Assembly (NCBI GenBank): GCA_035508155.1
Contig: DATJNM010000031.1
Coordinates: forward strand, 14,489-78,488
From: Candidatus Sulfopaludibacter sp.
GTDB taxonomy: Bacteria > Verrucomicrobiota > Verrucomicrobiia > Limisphaerales > UBA11358
DNA length: 64,000 nucleotides
Direction of reading: 5' to 3'
In this document: piece by piece, positions 8,409 through 17,769 of the stretch
How the letters are laid out: every line of letters begins with the position of its first letter
How positions within the stretch are numbered: position 1 is the first letter of the stretch
Translations under genes and position numbers: made by a program
Notes under the pieces: model-generated
The model's database searches: none
Seen by the model: only the letters and a program-made list of their open reading frames with translations
What the model was told of the DNA's origin: nothing

Positions 8409-9008
8409 TCACCAATCTTTAATTGGGCGCTGGTCCTGGGAAGGCGGAGTTTGCGGCTTCAATTGGAGAAACTGTTCGTCGCCTTTCTGGGCGTCCAACA
8501 ACCGCTTCGCCGCTTCCGGCGACATTTGTCCGGCCGCCACCGGCTGGCCTTGTCCCTGCTGATTTTCCTGTTTTTCGGCCGCTTGATTCCCGTTGGCGGG
8601 TTGTGGCGGCGGCTGATTTTGCGGGCCTGCGTTTTTCTGGCCGGACTGGTTTTGGGCAGTCTGATTTTGTTGAGATGGCTGCGGTTGCTGCTGCTGATTT
8701 TGCTGGCGCTGCTGGTTTTGTTGTGGTTGTGATTGATTCTGTTGCGACTGCTGATTCCGGTTTTGCTGCGATTGGTTGTTTTGTGACTGCTGCTGGTTTT
8801 GTTGTTTCAGCAGTTCATACAACTTTTTCAACTTTACATCATCGGGATATTGCTTGAGTCCGGTTTCCACCGATTTCAGCGCCTCGGGAATGTCGTTGGT
8901 AATGTAAGCCTGCGCGCCGCGGTTGAAAAAAACATCGGCGGATTGGGCGCAGGCTGTTTGCCAGACCGGCAACAGCAGGCTAATGCTGAACAGGAGTAAC
9001 AATCGCAT
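8409..9008 (-). CDS. Secreted TPR-like protein with an ~88-aa Gln/Asn-rich tract (last gene of the Bat-type operon)
   Basis: Signal peptide MRLLLLFSISLLLPVWQTACA, one TPR-like unit, then the Q/N tract (nt 8541..8804). The first ATG is at 9008 and the track start at 9011 is TTG. It overlaps the upstream stop. Confidence 0.7.
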   Translation of the reverse strand: MRLLLLFSISLLLPVWQTACAQSADVFFNRGAQAYITNDIPEALKSVETGLKQYPDDVKLKKLYELLKQQNQQQSQNNQSQQNRNQQSQQNQSQPQQNQQRQQNQQQQPQPSQQNQTAQNQSGQKNAGPQNQPPPQPANGNQAAEKQENQQGQGQPVAAGQMSPEAAKRLLDAQKGDEQFLQLKPQTPPSQDQRPIKDW

Positions 9009-10653
9009 CAATGTCCTTCAATTTCCTGATGTAATCCTCGAATCTTTTGGCGGCAATCGGATTGTTCAGGCTCTCCATGATTTCCAGCGCACGGTGATAT
9101 TCATTGCGCCGGACCGCGTCATCCGCCGCCAGCTTGGCCCGCCGCATGGCCTCGCGCAGGCGGGCAATCAAGCCGGTCTGCTGCTTCACGAAAGCCAGAT
9201 TATAGGCAACGTCCGCGTCGTTCGTGTTCAATTCCGCAGCGTGCTCATAACTCTTGATCGCCTGCTGCCAACGTTCCTCGATCGCATTCAAGCCTGCCGT
9301 GTCCGGCTCGAACTTCGATTCACCGAGGCGATATAGCGTATTGCCCAGATTGTAAAACGCCCTTTCCTGCAAATTCAAATCCTGCGACGACGTCGCCATC
9401 TGAAAATCGTTAAGTGCTTCGTCGTAATTTGTCGCGCGATACGCCGCCGCGCCGGCGTTGAAGACCAGCCGCAGATCGTTCGTCTCGAGCCGGGCCAGCC
9501 GCTCAAATTCCTGCAGGGCATTGGTGTAATTGCCGGTGTTGTATTCGCGCAACGCCGACGACGGTGAGGCCCGGGCGGCCGGCGGCAGCAGCAAAATCCC
9601 GACCAACATCGCAACGGCCGGCGCTGCAACTCGGGATCGTGGACTTCGGACCGTGGACTTTTTCCGTTCCGGCAAAAAAATTTCCACGAGCAACGCCAGC
9701 ACGGCTATCGTCAACGGCCACTGGTACTGCTCGTGATAACGGCGCACCAGCCGTTCTTCACCTTCCGATTTCGGCAACGGGGACAGGCCGCGGTCGTAGA
9801 GTAGTTCCATTGTGTTCGCCCCCCGCAGCGGCAGATAAAAGCCTCCCGTCTCGGCGGCGATTTGCCGCAGCAGCGTTTCGTTAAGATGCGATTTCACGAC
9901 GTTGCCATCCGGGTCCCGGATGTAATCCGAATTGCCATTGGCGTCGGTGATCCGCAGCAGGGCGCCTTCCGCCGTGCCGATGCCGATGGTGAAAATTTTC
10001 AAGCCGGACTTGGCCGCTGCCCGCGCGGCAGCCAGCGCCTCGTCCAAATTGACGTTGTCCTCGCCATCGGTGAACAGCACCAGCACCTTGAAATGGTCGT
10101 TTTCCTTGAACGCCGATTGCGCGGTCTGGATGGCGGCGGCCAGGGACGTGCCGCCGAGAGGCAGGGTGTTGACGTTCAGATTTTGCACGCATTGTTGGAA
10201 AGCCGTGTTGTCGAACGTCAACGGGCATTCCAAAAACGCGTCACCGGCAAAGGCCACCAGACCCAGCCGGTCCGGTTTCGCCCGCTGCATCAAATCCAGC
10301 GCCGCGAGCTTGGCCCGTTCGAGCCGGTCCGGCGCGACGTCCTCGGCCAACATGCTTTTGGACGTGTCCAGGGCCATGACAATGTCCAGGCCGCGCCGCT
10401 CAATCTTTTGCAAATCAAACCCGTATTGCGGCCGGGCCAGCGTCACAATCAGCAGCGCCACGGACAGCAGCAAAAGGGCAAACCGGATTTTGCGGCGGGC
10501 CGGGGAAACGCCGAGGGTGAGTGCGGACAAGAGCCGTATTTGAATGAATTGCGTCAGCAACCGTTGCCGCGTCCGCGTCGACCACCAGAAAAACAATGTC
10601 AGCGCCGGCAAAACCAGCAGCAACCAGAAAGCAGGTTTGTCTCCCCATTGCAT
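8980..10653 (-). CDS. VWA-domain membrane protein with C-terminal TPR repeats (BatB/BatC-like fusion)
   Basis: MIDAS motif LDIVMALDTSKSM, N-terminal TM helices, and TPR-type repeats (YNTGNYTNALQEF, AFYNLGNTLYRLG, AYNLAFV). The first ATG is at 10653 and the track start at 10674 is TTG within a heptamer repeat. Confidence 0.85.
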   Translation of the reverse strand: MQWGDKPAFWLLLVLPALTLFFWWSTRTRQRLLTQFIQIRLLSALTLGVSPARRKIRFALLLLSVALLIVTLARPQYGFDLQKIERRGLDIVMALDTSKSMLAEDVAPDRLERAKLAALDLMQRAKPDRLGLVAFAGDAFLECPLTFDNTAFQQCVQNLNVNTLPLGGTSLAAAIQTAQSAFKENDHFKVLVLFTDGEDNVNLDEALAAARAAAKSGLKIFTIGIGTAEGALLRITDANGNSDYIRDPDGNVVKSHLNETLLRQIAAETGGFYLPLRGANTMELLYDRGLSPLPKSEGEERLVRRYHEQYQWPLTIAVLALLVEIFLPERKKSTVRSPRSRVAAPAVAMLVGILLLPPAARASPSSALREYNTGNYTNALQEFERLARLETNDLRLVFNAGAAAYRATNYDEALNDFQMATSSQDLNLQERAFYNLGNTLYRLGESKFEPDTAGLNAIEERWQQAIKSYEHAAELNTNDADVAYNLAFVKQQTGLIARLREAMRRAKLAADDAVRRNEYHRALEIMESLNNPIAAKRFEDYIRKLKDIDAIVTPVQH

Positions 10654-10658
10654 ATTTA

Positions 10659-10686
10659 AATCGCCAATCGCCAATCACCAATCATA
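10659..10686. repeat. Tandem heptamer array (AATCGCC AATCGCC AATCACC AATCATA)
   Basis: Read directly in the 37-nt spacer between the batA-like stop (10691) and the batB-like ATG (10653). Confidence 0.8.
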
Positions 10687-10690
10687 AATG

Positions 10691-11758
10691 TCAAGGCAAC
10701 TTCCGGAAAACCGTTTGCTCCAGCGTCATTTCCAGCAGCAGCAACACGAATCCACAGCCGACAAACCACGGAAACAATTCCCGGTATTCCGTGAATTTGT
10801 TGATGACGGCCTCCGTCTGTTCGAGCTTGTTGATTTCGGCGTAGATTTGCCGAAACCGCTCCGCGGTGTCGGCACGGTAGTATTTCCCGTCGGTGATCTG
10901 CGCGATATCTTTCAACGTGCTCTCATCCACGTCCACCGGCTCATTCTGATAAATCGTCTCGCCCGTGAAGGGGTTTTTGCCGACCGGCATCGGCGCGACG
11001 CCGTTTTTGCTGACACCGATGGTATAAACCTTCACTCCCAATGCCCGCGCCGCCTGCGCCGCCGTCAACGGGTCAACGTTGCCGGAGTTGTTCTCGCCGT
11101 CCGTCATGAGAATGACGATTCTGCTTTTTGCCTGAACCGCGCGCAGTTGGTTGAGCGCCGTGGTCAGGCCGTCCCCGATGGCCGTCGCGTTCGGATTGAT
11201 GTCGCCAATGTTCAGCCGGTCGAGATCTTCAATCAGAAAATCGTGATCCAGCGTCAGGGGTGTGCCGATGTACGCCTGCGCCGCGAAGAGAACCAGCCCG
11301 ATGCGGTCGTCGGGCCGCTTGTCAATGAATCCTTCCAGAATGGAACGCGCCATGTTGAAACGGTTGACGCGCCGGCCACTCACGACGAAATCCTCCGAGA
11401 CCATGCTGCCGGACATATCGAGCGCCACCATGATGTCAATGCCGCTGGCCTTGACCGTGGTCTGGCTTTTCATCAACCGCGGTTGCGCCAGCGCGACAAT
11501 GAACAAGGCCAGCACCAGCCAGCGCAAGGCCGCCAGAAACGCGCCCGCTCGTGAACGGCGCACCCGGGCCAACCCTGCCACCAGCCGCACCGATGAATAA
11601 AGAAAGGCCGGCGGCGAGCCGCGCCGTCCCTTGAGCCACGCCAGCAGCGGCAGCAGCAGGAGCAGCAATAAGCAATACGGGTGCGCGAAGGACCGGAGAA
11701 TCGAATAAATCCATTCCCAGGGCGACAGCGCCAAAAAATATGGATGCGCAAAGGTCAT
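10691..11758 (-). CDS. VWA-domain membrane protein (BatA-like)
   Basis: N-terminal TM segments, MIDAS motif IDIMVALDMSGSM, and a C-terminal TM helix. Its start overlaps the DUF4381 stop. Confidence 0.85.
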   Translation of the reverse strand: MTFAHPYFLALSPWEWIYSILRSFAHPYCLLLLLLLPLLAWLKGRRGSPPAFLYSSVRLVAGLARVRRSRAGAFLAALRWLVLALFIVALAQPRLMKSQTTVKASGIDIMVALDMSGSMVSEDFVVSGRRVNRFNMARSILEGFIDKRPDDRIGLVLFAAQAYIGTPLTLDHDFLIEDLDRLNIGDINPNATAIGDGLTTALNQLRAVQAKSRIVILMTDGENNSGNVDPLTAAQAARALGVKVYTIGVSKNGVAPMPVGKNPFTGETIYQNEPVDVDESTLKDIAQITDGKYYRADTAERFRQIYAEINKLEQTEAVINKFTEYRELFPWFVGCGFVLLLLEMTLEQTVFRKLP

Positions 11759-12315
11759 GCAGGCGCCAACTGGCTTTGGGCGGTGGACTCAGGACCTTGG
11801 ACCGCTTTGGGTTCGGTTTCTTCAACCAGCCGGACGGCCGAACCATGCAGTCCCCGCAATTCCGGTTCGCCCGGTTCGTATTTGGCGAACTTTACGAGAT
11901 CGCAGCTTTCCAGAAATCTGCCAAGGCTTTCCTTTTGTTCCGGCGACAGCAAATCCGTCGCATTCAGTTCCCATAAGAATTCCTCGGTGGTGCGCTCCGG
12001 CGCGTGGAAATCAAACTGCTCCTCGAGATAGGAACGGATGGTATCGGAGACCAGAATGCAGAACGGCTTGGGCTGCGCGACGAGCGCGAGCGCTTCCTCC
12101 AATTTCTGTTTCGCGCGGAGATGCGCCGGCACCGGCGGCGCCACCGGAATTTCCGAACGCAGTTTTTGCCACCAGCGCCACAAGAAAATCGCCAGGGCAA
12201 TAACAGCCAGAGCTGCAAGCCCCCACCAAACCCATTCCCAAACGTTCGGAATGGCCACCGGCGGCTTGATGTCGCGGATGTCACTTACGAATGTCGCTGG
12301 TGAATTTGTGATCAT
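11755..12315 (-). CDS. DUF4381-type membrane protein
   Basis: IRDIKPPV, then TM helix WWGLAALAVIALAIFLW, then ..LESCDLVKFAKYEP. This is the typical pattern of the protein found between DUF58 and BatA. Confidence 0.7.
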   Translation of the reverse strand: MITNSPATFVSDIRDIKPPVAIPNVWEWVWWGLAALAVIALAIFLWRWWQKLRSEIPVAPPVPAHLRAKQKLEEALALVAQPKPFCILVSDTIRSYLEEQFDFHAPERTTEEFLWELNATDLLSPEQKESLGRFLESCDLVKFAKYEPGEPELRGLHGSAVRLVEETEPKAVQGPESTAQSQLAPA

Positions 12316-12389
12316 ACCTTGACCTCACGCAAAGTCGCTCGGAAAACGAATCTTTGCGCCTTCGCGTCCTGGCGTGAAATAAAAAGCGT

Positions 12390-13295
12390 TCATCCGCGCA
12401 ACCTCCGTTTCTCCCGGTTTTCGAAGAATTTTCCCAGCGCCGCCGCGTACGGTTCGTCGGTGCGCAACTGGATGGAGTCAATGCCGGACGACCGGAATTG
12501 CCGCGCGACTTCGGCGTATTGCTTTTCCTGCCGCAGCGCAAAGGCATCACGGCTGGCAGCATAAGCGGTGTTGAGTTCCAAGATTTCACCCGTCTCGGCG
12601 TCCTCCAAAAGCAACCGGCCCAACGCGGGCAACTCCAGCTCGTACCGGTCCGCAACATGGACGGCCACAACATCGTGACGGCGGTTGGCCACGCGCAAGG
12701 CGGTCTGCGTCGGCAACGTCAAAACGCTGCCATCGGGTGAGATAAAATCCGATATCACCACCATAATGGCCTTGTGAGGCAGCACCTCGCCCATGAATTC
12801 GAGCGCCTGGACCAAATTCGTGCCGCGCCGTTTCGGTTCGAAGTACAACACCTCGCGAATGACGCGCAACACGTGGCCGCGGCCCTTGCGCGGAGGAATG
12901 AATTTCTCCACCTGGTCTGTAAACAGCAGCAAGCCGACTTTGTCATTGTTGCGGATGGCGGAAAAGGCGAGTACGGACGCGATTTCGGCGGCCAGTTCGC
13001 GTTTGGACTGTCCTCGCGAACCGAATAAGCCGGAGCCGCTCACGTCCACGACCAGCATCACCGTCAACTCGCGTTCCTCGACGAACTTTTTGATGAACGG
13101 ATGATTCATCCGCGCGGTGACGTTCCAGTCAATGGCGCGCACGTCGTCGCCGGGCTGGTACTCGCGCACCTCGTCGAAGTTCATGCCCTGGCCCTTGAAG
13201 ACACTGTGGTACTGGCCCGCGAGCGATTCGGTCACCAGCCGGTTCGTGCGAATCTCAATCTGCCGGATTTTTTTGAGGATCTCGCGGGGAATCAT
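12390..13295 (-). CDS. DUF58-domain protein (MoxR-associated)
   Basis: GQYHSVFKGQGMNFDEVREYQPGDDVRAIDWNVTAR is the DUF58 hallmark. The start ATG overlaps the HNH ORF stop as ATGA. Confidence 0.88.
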   Translation of the reverse strand: MIPREILKKIRQIEIRTNRLVTESLAGQYHSVFKGQGMNFDEVREYQPGDDVRAIDWNVTARMNHPFIKKFVEERELTVMLVVDVSGSGLFGSRGQSKRELAAEIASVLAFSAIRNNDKVGLLLFTDQVEKFIPPRKGRGHVLRVIREVLYFEPKRRGTNLVQALEFMGEVLPHKAIMVVISDFISPDGSVLTLPTQTALRVANRRHDVVAVHVADRYELELPALGRLLLEDAETGEILELNTAYAASRDAFALRQEKQYAEVARQFRSSGIDSIQLRTDEPYAAALGKFFENREKRRLRG

Positions 13296-13675
13296 TTCCG
13301 ATTGCGCCTTTTTTTTCGCTCCTCAACGAGCTGAGAAAATTCTTCCGGAGAAATAACCGACTCTTCAACGCAGCGTTGAAGCTGCGCGCGGTGTTTAACC
13401 ATCCAATTGCTTTTCATTAAAGCATTGGCGACTTTGCGAGCGGCCGTTCCCAAATTCTTCCGTTCAAATGGGTGACAGTCTTTACAGAGCGTTATGAGAT
13501 TCTCCATAGGTTCATCCCACGGATCGCTTGTGGTATAATTTCTGTGATGAGCTTGAAGGGTAACTTCAATGTTTGTTCTCCTGAAGTTTTGACAAACCCC
13601 TTCGTCGCGCCCTAAAACCTCCAAACTTTTCCGTTTCCACCGAAGGTCGTCATATTTTCTCTTATCTCGCCGCAT
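13292..13675 (-). CDS. Small HNH-like endonuclease-domain protein (low-GC insert)
   Basis: 127 aa with ..VCQNFRRTNIEVTLQAHHRNY..ENLITLCKDCHPFE.. (HH ... N ... CxxCH) and a basic C-tail. A hand count of 13321..13680 gives ~46% G+C, against ~60-63% in two flanking 60-nt lines. Confidence 0.6.
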   Translation of the reverse strand: MRRDKRKYDDLRWKRKSLEVLGRDEGVCQNFRRTNIEVTLQAHHRNYTTSDPWDEPMENLITLCKDCHPFERKNLGTAARKVANALMKSNWMVKHRAQLQRCVEESVISPEEFSQLVEERKKRRNRK

Positions 13676-13693
13676 AAATTTGTGATTGCCGGA

Positions 13694-14683
13694 TCACGGC
13701 ACGGGCAGTTCATCAAAAATCTTTTGCACAACCGTTTCGCTGGTCTTTTCCTCGGCCTCGGCTTCGTAGGTGATGGCGACGCGGTGGCGTAGCACGTCCA
13801 TGCCGATGCTTTTGACGTCCTGTGGCGTGACGTAACCGCGGCCCTTCAGAAAGGCATACGCTTTGGCGGCCAATGTCAGGTTGATGGTCGCGCGGGGCGA
13901 CGCGCCCAACTGGATGAAATCCTTCACCGCGATTTTGTAGTGGTCGGGATCGCGCGTCGCGCAGACCAGATCCACGATGTAATCCTTCACCTTGTCATCC
14001 ACGTAAATGTCGTTGATGACTTCACGCGCCCGCAGGATGTCCTTCGGGTCAACCACAGCGTGGGTTGCTGGTGTACCGGAAGTTTTTGCCATCAATTCCA
14101 GAATGTGCCGCTCCTCATCGCGCGACGGGTAACCGATTTTCAATTTCAACATGAACCGGTCCACCTGCGCTTCGGGCAGCGGATAGGTGCCTTCCTGTTC
14201 AATCGGATTTTGCGTCGCCAGGACGAGGAATGGTTCCTCCAGTTTGAACGTCTGTTCGCCGATGGTGACCTGTTTTTCCTGCATCGCTTCGAGCAACGCG
14301 CTTTGCACCTTAGCGGGCGCGCGGTTGATTTCGTCCGCCAGAATCAGGTTGGCGAAGATCGGCCCCTTGCGCGTGCTGAAACCGCCTGATTGCGGATTGT
14401 AAATCTGGGTGCCGATGACGTCGGCCGGCAGCATGTCGGGCGTGAATTGCAGCCGGGCGAACTTGACGTTGATGCACGCGGCGAGCGACTTGACCGAGAG
14501 CGTTTTGGCCAAACCGGGCACGCCTTCGAGCAGCACGTGGCCGTTGGCCAGCAGGCCGATGACCAGTCGCTCGACCAGGTATTGCTGGCCGACAATGACC
14601 TTGCCGAGTTCGGCGAAGAGTGGATGAGTGAAGGCGCTGGCTTCTTTGACGGTTTCGTTGATGGCGGAGATTCCTGTATTCAT
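13694..14683 (-). CDS. MoxR-family AAA+ ATPase
   Basis: Walker A LLEGVPGLAKT, Walker B ILADEINRA, and the typical MoxR C-terminus (ASPRATINL..AKAYAFLKGRGYVTPQDV). Confidence 0.93.
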   Translation of the reverse strand: MNTGISAINETVKEASAFTHPLFAELGKVIVGQQYLVERLVIGLLANGHVLLEGVPGLAKTLSVKSLAACINVKFARLQFTPDMLPADVIGTQIYNPQSGGFSTRKGPIFANLILADEINRAPAKVQSALLEAMQEKQVTIGEQTFKLEEPFLVLATQNPIEQEGTYPLPEAQVDRFMLKLKIGYPSRDEERHILELMAKTSGTPATHAVVDPKDILRAREVINDIYVDDKVKDYIVDLVCATRDPDHYKIAVKDFIQLGASPRATINLTLAAKAYAFLKGRGYVTPQDVKSIGMDVLRHRVAITYEAEAEEKTSETVVQKIFDELPVP

Positions 14684-14819
14684 TTTTCCTGTGATTTGTT
14701 ACCGATGGACACAAATTTTTGAATGTCGTTCAACCAAAATTCCGTTGGCGCGAGGCTGCTGGCGAGCCGTCTCGTCAGTTGTCCCGGCTCGCGAGAACGC
14801 TCGTCCCACCGCAAAAGCC

Positions 14820-15635
14820 TTAAGCGCCGGGCAGGACTTCCACCTGCTTTACCGGCAACCAACCGATGCGTCCCGAACCATCCGCCACCTGCAACCAATC
14901 ATTGCGCCGGTCGAGCACGGCCAATTCCGCGCCGTTCTGCACTTTGAACAGATCCTGCGCTTCGGTGAACGGCCCGCTGCGCGCTGTCGCTTCCGGTTCA
15001 ATGACTACCGCGGTCGTTTTCGAATAATGAATCGTTGCCGCCGCGCCCAGTCCGGCACAGGACAAAATCGTCAGGAGGATGATGCCCGATATCAGACCGC
15101 GCAACTGCGTGCGAGAGGCAGGCCGAATCTGTCTCAAAACCAGCAGGATAAACGACAGCCAAAAGGTGCCCATCGCCAGCGTTGTCCATTCGTCGAGCGA
15201 CAAGGCGCCAAGCCAGTCTTCCCAGCGGCTTTGACGCAACGTCGGCCCGGCGACCTGATTGCGCACGAACTCCAGGTTGGCCCGCACTTCGGCATCCCGC
15301 GGCGCCAGCAGTTCCGCCCGCCGATAGGCGGCAATGGCGTGGCCCGGCTGTCCCAGCTTGAATTCCGCGTTACCGTAATTGAACCAAAGGGCCGGCGACG
15401 CCACACCGGTTTGCAGAATTTTTTCGTAAGCTCCGGCGGCGGCGGCAAATTTGCCTTCGGCGTAAAGTTTGTTCGCGGCGTTGAAATCAGCGGCGATATC
15501 TGCTGCGAAAGCGTTTCCGGCAACAACCAGCAACGCGAACGCGACCAATGTCCGGTAGCAGCCGACGCGAGCCGGCTCCATCTTTCGTTTAGTCAGAGCG
15601 AACTGACGTTCGCTGCGGCGAAATTGGATGTTCAT
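14820..15635 (-). CDS. TPR + SH3 membrane protein (BatE-like)
   Basis: TPR units (ANKLYAEGKFAAAAGAYEKIL, WFNYGNAEFKLGQ), TM helices, and a C-terminal SH3-like segment (VQNGAELAVLDRRNDWLQVADGSGRIGWLPVKQVEVL). Confidence 0.75.
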   Translation of the reverse strand: MNIQFRRSERQFALTKRKMEPARVGCYRTLVAFALLVVAGNAFAADIAADFNAANKLYAEGKFAAAAGAYEKILQTGVASPALWFNYGNAEFKLGQPGHAIAAYRRAELLAPRDAEVRANLEFVRNQVAGPTLRQSRWEDWLGALSLDEWTTLAMGTFWLSFILLVLRQIRPASRTQLRGLISGIILLTILSCAGLGAAATIHYSKTTAVVIEPEATARSGPFTEAQDLFKVQNGAELAVLDRRNDWLQVADGSGRIGWLPVKQVEVLPGA

Positions 15636-17464
15636 GTGTCCAACCCCTTAAGTTCGCCCATGACTTTTTCAAACTGCCCGACAACTGAATTCAATTCCGC
15701 ACTCCCGCGAACCGGCGCATAACGCGCCTGGTTGCAGAGCTGGAACAGTTCGCGCAAACCGACCAGCAATGATTCTGAGGCGCCGATGGACGCCAACCGT
15801 TCGTCCACCACCGATTCGGTAATGGAGGACGCCGGACAATCCAGCCGTTCGCCCAACTGTTCCTGCAACAACCGGAATACGGTGGCGAAAAATTCGTCCG
15901 GCTTGTTTTCCGCAGCCAATCGGCGCAGATCATTCAGGCCATCGCGGACCCGTTGCGCCACCTGCCGTTGGCGGCGCAACCGCGGATTATTCGCCAGACG
16001 GTCCGTGCGTTTGCGCCAGACGAAGGCGGCCAGCCACGCCAGAACCGGCAAGGCTTGCACGAGAACGAATGCCGGCCGCGTGATCAACGGCGGGCCGGCC
16101 TGGGCCAGCGCGCCCAGATCGCCCTTGATCGGCAAAATGTCCTCCGGCCGGGCCGGACTTGGCGAGTTGGCGGTTTGAGCGGCAGCGATGGCGGGGACGG
16201 GCGTTGCTCCGGCGGAACGGACGTCCAGCGCCACCGGCGGTTCCGCGAGCGTGTGATAGCTGCCGGTCTCCGGGTCAAAATAGCTGAAGGAAAAGGCCGG
16301 CAACTCGTGAACGTCCGTGTTTTGCGGGGCGACAATTTGTTCAAACGTTTTTGTGCCCTCCAAACCGAGCGGGCCGGTGGTCTCCACCTTGGAAGTGGGC
16401 GGATAAATGGTGAAATCGTGCCACGCCGACTGGTTCGGCAACGTCAACGAGTTGAGATCGCCCCGGCCGGAAATCTGAATGCGGACGGTGATGGGATCGC
16501 CGACGGCGACGTTGGTCGGCCCGGCCGTGACGGCCATGGAGTATTGGCCGATCGCGCCGTTAAAGTCCGGCGGCGCGCCTTCCGCCGGCAGGGGTGATGA
16601 TTCGACATTGATCTGGTCGGTCGCCAGCGTGATCTGCTTTTGCTGGCCGGGATTGAAGAACTGGTTGAAGAACGCGTCGCCGCCCTGGTTCGGCGGCGGC
16701 AGGACCACAACCATGCTGGCGGTAAACGGGCCCAGACTCACAGTGCCGGTTCGGGTCACCGTCAACGCGACGGAAATCGGTATCACCGTATAGACGCGGT
16801 TGCCGATTTGCCTGCGATACCGCTGGCCGCCGGCGTTTTTGCCGAGCACAAACCCGTCGGCCGGCGTGCCGGTGAACTGGAGGTTCCCGTAATTCTGCAC
16901 GTCGTCGCGCAGGTAAATTTCCAGATTGGCCGTGGTTGCCTCTCCGGCATAAACCCGCGTTTCAGGCAACGTCAGTTTCATAAACGCGAGTTGTGAACCG
17001 GAATCAATCTGCGCGGCGGACGCCGTGGCGGGTTGACCGACCCGCAACCGCAACGGCTGGCTGGTTAACGTCTGCCCGTTCACGTCCGCAGTAATGGCTG
17101 GGATGACAAAGTCCCCCGTGTGCTGCGGAGTGATGGAAAAGGCGACGGTGACGGTCGAGCTCATGGCGCCGTTCACCCAACTGACGTTCTGGGAGGTGCC
17201 GGCCTGGTTGATTTGGAGGCCGGGAACACTCGGAGCGGGCACGTTTCGGGGCGAGCCACCCTCAAACGTGAGCGACAAGGTCGTGCTTTGGCCCAACGTC
17301 AGCGTATCGTTGTCCAATGACGCGGTGAAGGTTGCCGCGTGCGCCGACGCGGCGCCGAGCCAGAACAGGAGAACACAGAAACCGGCGGCGACCGGCATCC
17401 AACTCAATCTGCCGCCGTGCAGGCCAAGAAACCTTTTCCCTCGTAAACGTTCCATTCCAAACAC
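15632..17464 (-). CDS. BatD-family (oxygen-tolerance) protein
   Basis: 610 aa with a signal peptide, long beta-rich ectodomain, a single TM helix (FVLVQALPVLAWLAAFVW), then RKRTDRLANNPRLRRQR and a helical tail, which is the typical BatD layout. Confidence 0.8.
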   Translation of the reverse strand: MFGMERLRGKRFLGLHGGRLSWMPVAAGFCVLLFWLGAASAHAATFTASLDNDTLTLGQSTTLSLTFEGGSPRNVPAPSVPGLQINQAGTSQNVSWVNGAMSSTVTVAFSITPQHTGDFVIPAITADVNGQTLTSQPLRLRVGQPATASAAQIDSGSQLAFMKLTLPETRVYAGEATTANLEIYLRDDVQNYGNLQFTGTPADGFVLGKNAGGQRYRRQIGNRVYTVIPISVALTVTRTGTVSLGPFTASMVVVLPPPNQGGDAFFNQFFNPGQQKQITLATDQINVESSPLPAEGAPPDFNGAIGQYSMAVTAGPTNVAVGDPITVRIQISGRGDLNSLTLPNQSAWHDFTIYPPTSKVETTGPLGLEGTKTFEQIVAPQNTDVHELPAFSFSYFDPETGSYHTLAEPPVALDVRSAGATPVPAIAAAQTANSPSPARPEDILPIKGDLGALAQAGPPLITRPAFVLVQALPVLAWLAAFVWRKRTDRLANNPRLRRQRQVAQRVRDGLNDLRRLAAENKPDEFFATVFRLLQEQLGERLDCPASSITESVVDERLASIGASESLLVGLRELFQLCNQARYAPVRGSAELNSVVGQFEKVMGELKGLDT

Positions 17465-17769
17465 TTTACGTTCCTATACCACCTGTTCCCATTTAGCAAT
17501 CGGTTGTCCACAACGGTTCATTTCAGGCAATAAAAAAGACAACTTAAGGCCAAAAATGTTCACGATTTGAGCGCGGAATCAAGGAGAACACTTCGGTGTC
17601 AGAGTTGGTATCGTTCGGTAACATGCCAACGGCCACAGAATGAGCAACATGGTTGTCTACAACACCGGAATTAAAATTAGTTTTTTCATTCATAAAGGGC
17701 GCGCTGTCAATTGAATTCCTGTTGCAACACCGCTCGACAAAGCTTTTTTTCCGCGTCATCCTGCCGGTC

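Noticed and set aside
10659-10686. Could the short tandem or inverted repeat clusters (10.66, 18.4, 20.3, 51.3, 58.7 kb) be CRISPR arrays?
   Set aside because: The units are 7 nt with no spacers of 25-40 nt. The arrays are under 70 nt and no cas genes are present, so these are not CRISPR.
14628-15722. 364-aa plus-strand ORF across the moxR / batE-like / batD-like junctions
   Set aside because: It is antisense to three well-supported genes and has an Arg/Pro/Gly-rich composition with no motifs. The same reasoning applies to 17824..18615(-), 35458..36216(-), 40566..41264(-), 46439..47188(-), 49950..50840(-), 57614..58459(-), 5884..6444(+), 2859..3629(+), 9862..10659(+), 10688..11554(+), 27963..28784(+), 33676..34650(+) and 31522..32286(-).
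8409-17464. MoxR-VWA-DUF58 cluster as a novel defence or unknown system
   Set aside because: The gene set matches the already described Bat/aerotolerance-type MoxR operon family. Only its order, the BatB-BatC fusion and the HNH insert are unusual, and those are reported separately.
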